In this document: piece by piece, positions 53,253 through 61,957 of the stretch
How positions within the stretch are numbered: position 1 is the first letter of the stretch
How the letters are laid out: the number at the start of each line of letters is the position of its first letter
NCBI GenBank assembly: GCA_023253175.1
Contig: JALRHH010000001.1
Span: 364,020-428,019, forward strand
Length of the DNA: 64,000 nucleotides
Source of the DNA: Candidatus Saccharimonadia bacterium
GTDB taxonomy: Bacteria; Patescibacteriota; Saccharimonadia; Saccharimonadales; JALRHH01
Direction of reading: 5' to 3'
Position numbers and translations under genes: made by a program
The notes under the pieces: model-generated
Told to the model about the DNA's origin: nothing
The model's database searches: none
What the model saw: only the letters and a program-made list of their open reading frames with translations

Positions 53253-54059
53253 ATGCCTCCATTCGGTCCAGAAGAAAACCCAGCAGATCACAGCCTTCAA
53301 GGTGTTGATCAAGACGCCTCTATAATAACCGAACACGAAGCAAGCCAAGAAGAAGTCGTGCGCCTCATTGGAATCACAAAAGCTGCAGGTATTCTTGGAG
53401 TAAGCAACTGGCAAGCCACGAAAATACTCACACCAACCCCAGAAAGCGACCCGATGCCACCAAACCCTGTGCTGTATTTTCCCACTGGCAGACAATGGGC
53501 GAAACGTGATATAGAAAATTTCAGACAGGCTACCCTAGAACTTCGACATACAGAAAGAATGCGAACATACGAAGCGAAAGCAATCTATAGATTCGAAGAC
53601 ATTACAGATAGGAAAGATATCATTCTTAGGGAACATTTTGAAGATTTAGCCCTACTAGAATCACACTCATTCAAGAATGCATGGATACGAGTATTCCATA
53701 AAATTGTGGATGGAGGAGCATCTTCTACGGAAAGACTCACCGAATATCGCGTAGAGAAAGACACCTTGAAGCGTTTCTTCCAGGTTCGTGAGCCAAAGCC
53801 TCTTTATGGAGCAGTTATTATTCACAGGAGCAGCGCAGACATCCCCCCTTACGATGGAAGTCCTAACTCGGACGCTAGCGCAAGAGTATACGCCGAATAT
53901 GGTATACAAGCAGGAAGCATTCTAGAGGGCCTACGACACCTTATTGGGCAAGAACCTGGGGCTAAGGCAAACCAAACAACCCGAGGGCTACACAAGCTTG
54001 CTGAATACCTTGATATACAGATTAACCAAAGTAGCGATGCATCCCAGAGGAGTCTATAA
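53253..54059 (+). CDS. Hypothetical protein
   Basis: 268-aa ORF, tightly coupled to its neighbours. Possible HTH at VRLIGITKAAGILGVSNWQATKIL. Confidence 0.55.
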   Translation: MPPFGPEENPADHSLQGVDQDASIITEHEASQEEVVRLIGITKAAGILGVSNWQATKILTPTPESDPMPPNPVLYFPTGRQWAKRDIENFRQATLELRHTERMRTYEAKAIYRFEDITDRKDIILREHFEDLALLESHSFKNAWIRVFHKIVDGGASSTERLTEYRVEKDTLKRFFQVREPKPLYGAVIIHRSSADIPPYDGSPNSDASARVYAEYGIQAGSILEGLRHLIGQEPGAKANQTTRGLHKLAEYLDIQINQSSDASQRSL

Positions 54060-54487
54060 TGACCAATCCCGAACAGTATGGCCCGAGTCGCTACGGTGAG
54101 TTCTCGCCTGAGCAAAATGCAGCGCTCGAAGCAGGTCCCGGACGTGTCACTAATCCAGCCGGTCCATTTTTAGCATCGACATCAGAGATGAAGCACCTCA
54201 ATAACTTCTTCATGTATTTTGATACAAATACCGATTCTTTTATTTCCAACATGTACAGGCAGCTTCCGTACAGGCAGCGCTTCGCGATCATATACCCAGA
54301 ACTAACCGCAGAATTAGAAGCACACGTGGCAGGTGGCTATAATCCTGTAGGCGATACATCATTCATGGAAACATCACTTGGTAGGCTTTTCGCGGACGCC
54401 TACGACCTCATGCGAGACCAAGTAGATATGGCAGATCCAGGCGTACTTCTTGACGGTGAAGTCAATCGATACCTTCTTTGGGGTTAA
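54059..54487 (+). CDS. Hypothetical protein
   Basis: 142-aa ORF with a 1-nt overlap with the upstream gene. Confidence 0.55.
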   Translation: MTNPEQYGPSRYGEFSPEQNAALEAGPGRVTNPAGPFLASTSEMKHLNNFFMYFDTNTDSFISNMYRQLPYRQRFAIIYPELTAELEAHVAGGYNPVGDTSFMETSLGRLFADAYDLMRDQVDMADPGVLLDGEVNRYLLWG

Positions 54488-55184
54488 GATCTAAATCGTT
54501 TAAAAGTGAACGTTTTACGAACATTGTTCATATTTAGATATTAGGTCGAACTAGTCAAAGAACGATCCAAGCCAGGACAAATCTACCAATTAAGCATTGA
54601 TAGCAGTAGAGCGGGTTAGATTTTTTAATCGCAATACTGGACGTGGGCGAATTCAAAATTGCCAATGAAATTTGGTGAAATATCAAGCAGCAGAGCATCA
54701 AAACGAAATACAAACATGATGTCGCACAATGTATATTTTGCGACTCGAATATCTGGTAATTAGTTGAATACTGATACATTGGCTGTGGGGCATTGTTTTT
54801 CGATATCTCGCATATTTGTACTTTTTACGCTTACAAATATACTTTTTTTATTAACGAACTACATCTCTTATGAACTGGTCCACCTGGTATCACTGACGTT
54901 GTAAATTATAGACGTCGCTCTATAGTTTTCCACAGAACTATTTGCTTTTTTGACTTTTTCTGTTTTTGTTATACTTTTCCCCTCCTCCCCTGCATTTCAG
55001 TAAAAAAGCGTGAAATATTTGACTTTTCACGTTTTAGATATTTTTATATAGTTTTTCTAGCAAATATATGAACATTTTACGAACATGTAGGGTAGTAGAA
55101 CAGTGGTAGTTACGTGTTTGCCTAGGCAGCCCAGATGGCAATAAAGCATTAAGCTGCAGCGCTCTGCCGTAGATCAGCCCTTAC

Positions 55185-56084
55185 TTATTTATAGTAAGCC
55201 CTCTCCTCTACTCTGACGTCAACATATTCCTTAGGCTGCTCCCTGCTCTCTTTCAATTGATTCTTAACCGCGAGGTATGTGCCGACTTGTGTCCGAGCGT
55301 CCTGTAGTGCATTAAATCGGATATAGTACGGAACACCCTGAGGCTTGACCCTAACTTCGTTTGCCTCCAGGGGAAGTGTTATAGACTCGTATGCAATCTT
55401 AGTCGAAGAAAGATGTGCGAGAAGCTGTGCAATAAACGTGACCGTGTCACTTGGGAGGACCTGTTTTCCGGCCTCTATCGGCAAATTGGTCTCATCAGTA
55501 ACCGTGGGGATGTTCTGCGGCTTCTCCGCTATATCAGATACCTTTACGAGTGGCATGCCTTTATCACTCACATAGTACGCACCCTGGCTCGTCGCAAGTA
55601 CAAAAGAAGGGCTCGCAACCGCAATCCTGACAATTGGCTTATGACCAAGAAGCGGCAATGTAACTATCGCACTATCAACCTCTGGAAATTCCTTCTGTAG
55701 CGATTCAATGAGTGGTTGCGCATTAAATGTCAGCTTTGATTTATTAAACACTGATCCACCAAGCTGCTTTGACACATAATCCGCATAAACTTTGTCAGAA
55801 CGCTGCAGTGGCTGACCCGAACTACTGGCAAGCACCTGAATTCGCGGTTGATTACCAAGCAATGAGGCATAGAGTAGTGTGCCGACGATTACCATTCCCG
55901 CAATGAGTGTGGGAGTGTGTTTTAGACGCTCTAGACCCCTACGCTTATCTGCTGGTAGCTCGTACCGCGCGCGTGCTGTCTCCGGGGCAGACCGGTTTGA
56001 ATGATACGAAAATACAGTCGTCCGTTGAACCGGCTGCGACATTCGTCTAGGTTGTATTTCTTTTGATTTTCGCTTTGGGAGCAT
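55185..56084 (-). CDS. ftsQ: Cell division protein FtsQ/DivIB-like (TM plus POTRA)
   Basis: Position after murG, a single TM helix (TLIAGMVIVGTLLYASLL), and a POTRA-like region. Confidence 0.75.
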   Translation of the reverse strand: MLPKRKSKEIQPRRMSQPVQRTTVFSYHSNRSAPETARARYELPADKRRGLERLKHTPTLIAGMVIVGTLLYASLLGNQPRIQVLASSSGQPLQRSDKVYADYVSKQLGGSVFNKSKLTFNAQPLIESLQKEFPEVDSAIVTLPLLGHKPIVRIAVASPSFVLATSQGAYYVSDKGMPLVKVSDIAEKPQNIPTVTDETNLPIEAGKQVLPSDTVTFIAQLLAHLSSTKIAYESITLPLEANEVRVKPQGVPYYIRFNALQDARTQVGTYLAVKNQLKESREQPKEYVDVRVEERAYYK

Positions 56085-56092
56085 ATCTACCC

Positions 56093-57253
56093 CTATTGTA
56101 ACAGTAACTGGGCAAGTTTTTCAGCTGCATTTATCAGCGTTACATCCTGCAGCGTCTTACTGAGCTCTTTTCTTTGATCAGGATTATCCAGCAGCTGTAT
56201 GATCGAAGCTTTGAGCTCCTCCGCGTTCGTGGCCTTGGCAGTTTCAGTCACGATAAGTGCTGCACCAGCAGCCCGAAGCGCCTCGGCGTTCTTAACCTGG
56301 TGACCGCCCGTAAGTAGTGGGTTAGCAACCGCAATAACAGCTTTTCCTTGCGTGCCGAGCTCCGCAACAGTATTACCACTGGCACGTGAAACAACGATGT
56401 CGGCCGCCCCCGTGTAAACATACATTGGGCGCATAAACTCTATAACACGAAGCCGTTTATGGGTGTACGTACCATAAATCCCAGCTTTGCCTTTACCGGC
56501 TTGATGAACAATATATAGATCAGGATATTGAAGGAGCAATTCATCTACGATGGCTTTTACGGCGACATTGATGTTTTGCGCCCCACTACTACCACCTGTG
56601 ATGAGTAGCATTGTGGCATCTTGTGGTACTTCAATCTGCCGTTTCATATCTGCTTGAGTTTCTGGAGTTACGGGCTTAAAGTTCGGTTCCACCAGCACGC
56701 CCACCTGTATTGTCTTAGCCTGAGGGTATGAATATATTTCAGCTGGCATCGCTACTGCATGCGTTCTTGCCCAGCGACCAACAATTCGATTCGCAAGTCC
56801 CGGCAGTGCATCTGAGTCATGAGTTATAAATGGTATCGTGTGCAAATGTGCGGCGATGCCAACGGGCACACCAACAAAACCGCCTTTTAGAAAAACTATA
56901 TTTGGATGCAGTTTTCGTAGCAAAAAGAAACTCTGGATACTACCAAACGCAAACAAAAACAGATCTCTGAGATTTAATAGGTTCGTACGAACATCAACAA
57001 GTCGCTTTAGCCAGGACTCACCGTTATAGCGTCTGAACTTACCTGCCCAAATTTCATAAGAAGCATCAATGGCCTCATGCGAATCAGTTAATTCTTTAAA
57101 CTTTCCATGCTTTTCACCAATGTAAACTGTCCTTACAGTTGGATCAAGCTTCTTGAGTTCGTGCGCCACGGCCAAAATCGGCGTGATGTGTCCGCCCGTT
57201 CCACCACCTGAAAGGACAATCGTTTTACCTTCGTGATGAATATCCGAGCGCAT
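56093..57253 (-). CDS. murG: UDP-N-acetylglucosamine--N-acetylmuramyl-(pentapeptide) pyrophosphoryl-undecaprenol GlcNAc transferase
   Basis: GGGTGGHITPILAVAHEL and ITGGSSGAQ. GT28 layout. Confidence 0.95.
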   Translation of the reverse strand: MRSDIHHEGKTIVLSGGGTGGHITPILAVAHELKKLDPTVRTVYIGEKHGKFKELTDSHEAIDASYEIWAGKFRRYNGESWLKRLVDVRTNLLNLRDLFLFAFGSIQSFFLLRKLHPNIVFLKGGFVGVPVGIAAHLHTIPFITHDSDALPGLANRIVGRWARTHAVAMPAEIYSYPQAKTIQVGVLVEPNFKPVTPETQADMKRQIEVPQDATMLLITGGSSGAQNINVAVKAIVDELLLQYPDLYIVHQAGKGKAGIYGTYTHKRLRVIEFMRPMYVYTGAADIVVSRASGNTVAELGTQGKAVIAVANPLLTGGHQVKNAEALRAAGAALIVTETAKATNAEELKASIIQLLDNPDQRKELSKTLQDVTLINAAEKLAQLLLQ

Positions 57254-58454
57254 ATCTTCTCCCTTCTGGTTTGCGTGGCGGTGCCGTTTCTTCTATGTCG
57301 TGTACACCAAATGTTGTATAGCGGGAAATATTGAATATAAGTCCTACAGCGGCTGTCGCGAATATCAAACTGGTACCACCGTAACTAATAAATGGCAGTG
57401 TAATTCCCTTCAGCGGCAATAGTCCAATCATTGCACCGATATTAATGATTGCCTGCATACTGAGCCACGCCAAAAGACCAACCACCACGAGCCTTGAGAA
57501 ATTATCTGGTGCCCTTTCGATAATATTCTTTACCCTGGTAAAGAACGCCCAAAATACACAGAGGATTGCTGTTACGCCCACAAACCCAAACTTCTCTGCA
57601 ATAACTGCAAAGATCGAGTCGTTGGCTGCCTCTGGGAGGTATCCATACGCCTGTACACTGTGTCCAATGCCTTTTCCGAATAAACCACCCGTACCAACGG
57701 CAATCAGTGCCTGACAAGCCTGATAACCCGCTGCTTGGCAGTCACGTTCAGGGTTCATAAACGTCATCACGCGGTCACGACGATAATCGCTCGTTGAGAC
57801 AGCCAACAGGAATACCACTGCAATCGCCCCAAGTAGCAAAAGCACCCTTTTAACGGGCAAGCCTGCCACAAACCACATCAGCCCCATAATAGCGATAATA
57901 ACCGCCGTTGATCCAAGGTCACTCTGCAGCCCAGCCACGACAAAGGCGATAACGACAAAGGCTATGCCAATTGGCTTTACGGACTTATCTATGTCATTAA
58001 CTTCACCGCGCCGCATGCGATCCGCCAGGAAGCCCGCAAGGATAAAAATAAGTGCAAACTTTACAAGTTCAACAGATTGAAAAGACAGCCCACCAAACCG
58101 TATCCAACGGTGCGCAGGATACTGTTCACTGACAGGAAGCGCCAGGGCTATTAATGTCGCAACAATCGCTGCGCCAATCAGTGGTTTCTGGAGCTTCTTC
58201 CAGGTTTCATACGGGATCGTTGCCATTGCTGTAAACGTAACGATGCCGAGACCAATTGCGATCAGCTGCTTGTTAACATAATAGTTCTCGCTGACGTTAC
58301 GCTGAATCGCGAGCCCAGGACTAATGGAATAGATGGTGACGAGGCCCACAACAAGTAAGATCGCTGTTAAGACAAGTAGTACATAGTCGGGCTTATGACG
58401 CCGCTGCGCCACCCCGCCCCTCTGTATTACCGCAGACCGTCGCCTGGGCTGCAT
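57225..58454 (-). CDS. ftsW: SEDS-family peptidoglycan polymerase FtsW/RodA
   Basis: About 10 TM segments, with YLPEAANDSIFAVIAEKFGF and LPFISYGGTSL. Confidence 0.9.
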   Translation of the reverse strand: MQPRRRSAVIQRGGVAQRRHKPDYVLLVLTAILLVVGLVTIYSISPGLAIQRNVSENYYVNKQLIAIGLGIVTFTAMATIPYETWKKLQKPLIGAAIVATLIALALPVSEQYPAHRWIRFGGLSFQSVELVKFALIFILAGFLADRMRRGEVNDIDKSVKPIGIAFVVIAFVVAGLQSDLGSTAVIIAIMGLMWFVAGLPVKRVLLLLGAIAVVFLLAVSTSDYRRDRVMTFMNPERDCQAAGYQACQALIAVGTGGLFGKGIGHSVQAYGYLPEAANDSIFAVIAEKFGFVGVTAILCVFWAFFTRVKNIIERAPDNFSRLVVVGLLAWLSMQAIINIGAMIGLLPLKGITLPFISYGGTSLIFATAAVGLIFNISRYTTFGVHDIEETAPPRKPEGRRYALGYSSRR

Positions 58455-58457
58455 ATC

Positions 58458-59501
58458 CTAGATGCCTCCACCTAGTAAGAACAAGATTAATCCCAGCACA
58501 CCAGCAACCTGCCCGATAACCCAGAACCGCATAGTGACTTTTGTCTCTTCCCAGCCGGAAGCTTCGAAGTGATGGTGCACAGGTGCAATTTTGAATATCT
58601 TCTTGCCACCGCGCAATTTCTTGGACAAAATCTGAATCAGCGTAGAACCGGCTTCAGCAACAAACACCGCACCAATAATTGGCAGGAGCAGCACCGTATC
58701 AGTAATCATCGCAACAACGCCGAGCGCCGTACCGAGTGAAAACGAACCGATATCGCCCATAAAGAATCGTGCCGGAAATATATTGAACCACGTGTAGCTG
58801 AGCAGACCACCAACAATTGTCATACAAAACGCCGCAACACCGTACCTTCCCTGCATGAATGCGATGACCGCATATGCCGTAAATGCACTGGTTGCGAGAC
58901 CCCCCGCAAGCCCATCGAGCCCATCAGAAATATTAACCGCATTTGCGGTAGAAACGACTACCAGAACAAACAGCGGTATGATCAGCCAACCGATAGATAG
59001 ATCCCCGTAAAACGGAATATTAACACTTGTAACGTCTAGCTTGAAGTAAAAATAGAGACCACCAATCACTGCAATAAGTGTTGTCAGTAGTAGCTTTATC
59101 TTTGAGGGTATACCTGCAACACCCTTACCAGAGCCACGAATATTAATAAGGTCGTCCAGTAAACCAATAAGACCCGCCCCGAGGAATGCAGCCAACGGTA
59201 ACCATGTTTCTGTTCGTTCAAGATTGAACAGCAGCGTCACGAGCGCCGTAGATACGACAAAAATAAGTCCAGCCATAGTAGGAATCAACCGCTTGTGCTT
59301 GGCAGCATGGAGCTTTGCAAACACCGTTGCGACCTCACCGGTCACACTCTTTTCACGCGGCTTCTTCCACCACTCGTATTTATAGGCTAACGTCGTATAT
59401 AGCGGCGTGATAAGCATACTTAGGGTGAATCCAAGAAAACCCATTAGCAAAATGCGAACAAGCGTTTCAGTCTGGACAGCAATTGTAATAACTTCGGTCA
59501 T
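58458..59501 (-). CDS. mraY: Phospho-N-acetylmuramoyl-pentapeptide-transferase
   Basis: NAVNISDGLDGLAGG, MGDIGSFSLG, APVHHHFE. Confidence 0.95.
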   Translation of the reverse strand: MTEVITIAVQTETLVRILLMGFLGFTLSMLITPLYTTLAYKYEWWKKPREKSVTGEVATVFAKLHAAKHKRLIPTMAGLIFVVSTALVTLLFNLERTETWLPLAAFLGAGLIGLLDDLINIRGSGKGVAGIPSKIKLLLTTLIAVIGGLYFYFKLDVTSVNIPFYGDLSIGWLIIPLFVLVVVSTANAVNISDGLDGLAGGLATSAFTAYAVIAFMQGRYGVAAFCMTIVGGLLSYTWFNIFPARFFMGDIGSFSLGTALGVVAMITDTVLLLPIIGAVFVAEAGSTLIQILSKKLRGGKKIFKIAPVHHHFEASGWEETKVTMRFWVIGQVAGVLGLILFLLGGGI

Positions 59502-59559
59502 GTGTATTTTCTTCTTTCTTGGTAGATATTATACCCCTTGAGAGTCAGTCTGGACAGTC

Positions 59560-61335
59560 CTACTCCGACCGAGGCACAACTCCGTAGCTATCAATCATCA
59601 TATTAGCAAGTTTTACGAATATTGGCGCCGCCGCTTTCGACCCAGCGTAACCAGCAATCTTTGGTTTATCAACACGCACGACGATCACATACTCAGGCCT
59701 ATCACCACCGATAAATCCTACATACGTACCGTTGTAGTCATTCTCGTCATAACCGCCATCCGGCTTTGATATCTGTGCGGTTCCGGTTTTACCGCCAACG
59801 GAATACTCAGGACGTATCTGCCCCGCCCCATATGCAGCGCGGTTGTGCCTATAGGTCGTTTCAAGCATTGATACTAGGTCACGGCTTACCTGCTGACTTA
59901 CCACATCCTTTTTTACCACTTCAGGTGCTTTCTTTTGCATTTTCCCTTCTGCGTCGGTCTTTGCCTCAATAAGGGTCGGTTTGTAATACGTACCGCCATT
60001 GAGCATTGCACTAAACGCAGCACCCATTTGCAGTGGAGTAGCGGTCATACCCTGACCAAACGATGTGTTTGCATAGGTAATATTCAGTCCGTATCCGTCA
60101 GTCGGGCTTGGAATCGTTCCCTCTGCCTCGTAGCCTTGTTCGATACCGGTCTTTTTGCCAAGCATGTAGTGATTTGTCATGTAGTCGTACCACTGCGTAC
60201 GAGCTTGGCGATTAATCTCGCCGCCGCCCATTTGCATAAGCAGCCAGGTTGCACCCGTGTTCAGCGAGTACTTGAGGACATCAGTGGTCGTTCGCTGCGC
60301 CGCGCCGCCGTCTTCCTCGATGTTACGCACCGTTGCATCATCAATTTTGTAATAGCTTGGATCGTAGTAGCTCGTATTTGGTCCAACCACCCCAATATTC
60401 ATAGCTGCTGCAGCCGTCAACGGCTTCATGATCGATCCGACTTCAAGTGGAGAGCTGACATTCGTGTTATTGAAGGCAGCACCGTCTGTCACTTTATAAT
60501 ACTCGGCTGGATTAAAGGTTGGGTAGCTTGCCATTGCCCGGATCGCACCAGTATTCACATCCATGATGAGCGCACTACCCGATTTAGACTTGGCGTTATC
60601 AAGGCCTTGCTTCAAAAGGTCCTCAAGCTGCTGCTGAACACCGATATCTATCGTCATCTGTACGCCAGTACCCTGCTTCGGATTAACGACCACGTTATCT
60701 TTATTTGCAGCGAGCGGCACACCAGATGCGTCGGTAATCGCCTTGAGTTGGCCAGGAGTACCATTCAGGTCATCATTCAGTGCTTCTTCAAGGCCGTATT
60801 TACCCTCGCCGTCATCATTCACAAATCCAAGCAGCTGTGCTGCAATTTGGCCGTCAGGATAGGTTCTGTACTGCGACTCCCTGGTGCCAATTCCCTTTAG
60901 TTCAAGCTTGTCGATCTTTTCATGTTGATCACGACTGAGGCGCTTCGCAAGAATGGTATAGCGCGGCGAGTCAGGCTTTTTGAGCTTATTCTCGTAATCC
61001 GACTTTGATCCACCAATGGTTTTTTGGATCTTATCAGCAATATCACCAGCGTCCTTCACGTATTTTGGATCAGCGTACAGTGTAAACAGCGTCTCATTAA
61101 GTACAAGCGGCACTGTCTTATCCCCGCTTTTGGCCGTGATAATACCGCGGCTGGCAGGAATCTGATACTCCTTCAACTGGCTGAAAGCAGCCGATTTTTG
61201 GTAGTAGTCGTGCCTGATTACCTGAAGATAAAACAAACGAACGACAAATAGGCCGCCCAAACACAAAAGAAGCACATACCAAAACCGGATGCGCTGGATA
61301 GTTCCAAATACTGATGTTTTTGTTTGTGGCCGCAT
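59560..61335 (-). CDS. ftsI: Class B penicillin-binding protein (FtsI/PBP2-like transpeptidase)
   Basis: TM helix plus dimerisation domain, with transpeptidase motifs GSIMKP (SxxK), SLN (SxN) and KTGT. I chose the start at MRPQTKT (61335). The track extension to 61410 runs through a duplicated regulatory module. Confidence 0.9.
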   Translation of the reverse strand: MRPQTKTSVFGTIQRIRFWYVLLLCLGGLFVVRLFYLQVIRHDYYQKSAAFSQLKEYQIPASRGIITAKSGDKTVPLVLNETLFTLYADPKYVKDAGDIADKIQKTIGGSKSDYENKLKKPDSPRYTILAKRLSRDQHEKIDKLELKGIGTRESQYRTYPDGQIAAQLLGFVNDDGEGKYGLEEALNDDLNGTPGQLKAITDASGVPLAANKDNVVVNPKQGTGVQMTIDIGVQQQLEDLLKQGLDNAKSKSGSALIMDVNTGAIRAMASYPTFNPAEYYKVTDGAAFNNTNVSSPLEVGSIMKPLTAAAAMNIGVVGPNTSYYDPSYYKIDDATVRNIEEDGGAAQRTTTDVLKYSLNTGATWLLMQMGGGEINRQARTQWYDYMTNHYMLGKKTGIEQGYEAEGTIPSPTDGYGLNITYANTSFGQGMTATPLQMGAAFSAMLNGGTYYKPTLIEAKTDAEGKMQKKAPEVVKKDVVSQQVSRDLVSMLETTYRHNRAAYGAGQIRPEYSVGGKTGTAQISKPDGGYDENDYNGTYVGFIGGDRPEYVIVVRVDKPKIAGYAGSKAAAPIFVKLANMMIDSYGVVPRSE

Positions 61336-61345
61336 AAGCACTATA

Positions 61346-61421
61346 AGTATACAAGCTGCACGGAGGAAAATGAAGCTTGCTTCTTTTTCCGAGTACTGCG
61401 CCGTAAACACGAAGTGTTATA
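61346..61421 (-). promoter_or_regulatory. Promoter/operator-like module, copy 2 (copy 1 at 15580-15652)
   Basis: On the minus strand: -35 TTCATT (61369-61374), 17 nt, -10 TATACT (61346-61351). GAAGCAAGCTTC overlaps -35. The ftsI ATG lies about 10 nt after -10. Confidence 0.5.
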
Positions 61422-61452
61422 CCATCTAAGGTGTTAGAGGTGAATATCTTGC

Positions 61453-61800
61453 CTAATTCTGGACAGTAGCCGATGGGGCGACAGAAACCATGTTCTTGGC
61501 AACATCACTGTTCTTTACGCGATCAAGCGCCTGAAGTCGTGCCGCCGAAACCTGAAGCTCTGCGTTCTGGTCTTTAAGCTGCGTTTGCTGTTGCTGCAGA
61601 TCGTTGATTTTGTACCCGTACGAATTCGTTTTTGTAACCTGCGTCAAATACAGGAGACCAAGAAGGCACGCCAAAATCACCAGCATGATCGTATTGCTGA
61701 TTGGTCCAAGAGTGCGTTCATTTGCCTTAAAGCGTGCCGTATTCTGATTACGACCAAAGCTTTGATTGCGGCGCATAGCTAATGAGCTTGAATATGTCAT
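61453..61800 (-). CDS. ftsL: FtsL/DivIC-type septum-formation initiator
   Basis: Position between rsmH and ftsI. One TM helix followed by a coiled coil (LQQQQTQLKDQNAELQVSAARLQALDR). Confidence 0.7.
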   Translation of the reverse strand: MTYSSSLAMRRNQSFGRNQNTARFKANERTLGPISNTIMLVILACLLGLLYLTQVTKTNSYGYKINDLQQQQTQLKDQNAELQVSAARLQALDRVKNSDVAKNMVSVAPSATVQN

Positions 61801-61957
61801 ATGTATTTTTGTGTTAGTTTTTGTTTGATATGGTCCACTTACCGGGTTATTTTGACCCGGTAAGTGGCGTGATTACACGATTACTGTTCTACTCGAACAA
61901 CAACCTTGTAAGCGCGGGAGAGGCTTTTTACCTGAATAGGCATGGCGCATCCCCTTT

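Noticed and set aside
54507-54530. CGAACATTGTTCA as a Gram-positive-type LexA (Cheo) box
   Set aside because: The spacing is GAAC-N3-GTTC, not N4. The site is not upstream of any gene, and nothing similar precedes umuD.
55090-55113. tRNA-like acceptor/D-arm sequence GGGTAGTAGAACAGTGGTAGTTAC
   Set aside because: No anticodon arm, T-arm or 3' acceptor strand follows. At best it is a decayed fragment.
59935-60900. 321-aa plus-strand ORF
   Set aside because: It lies antisense to the well-supported ftsI/PBP gene, and its sequence is not protein-like.
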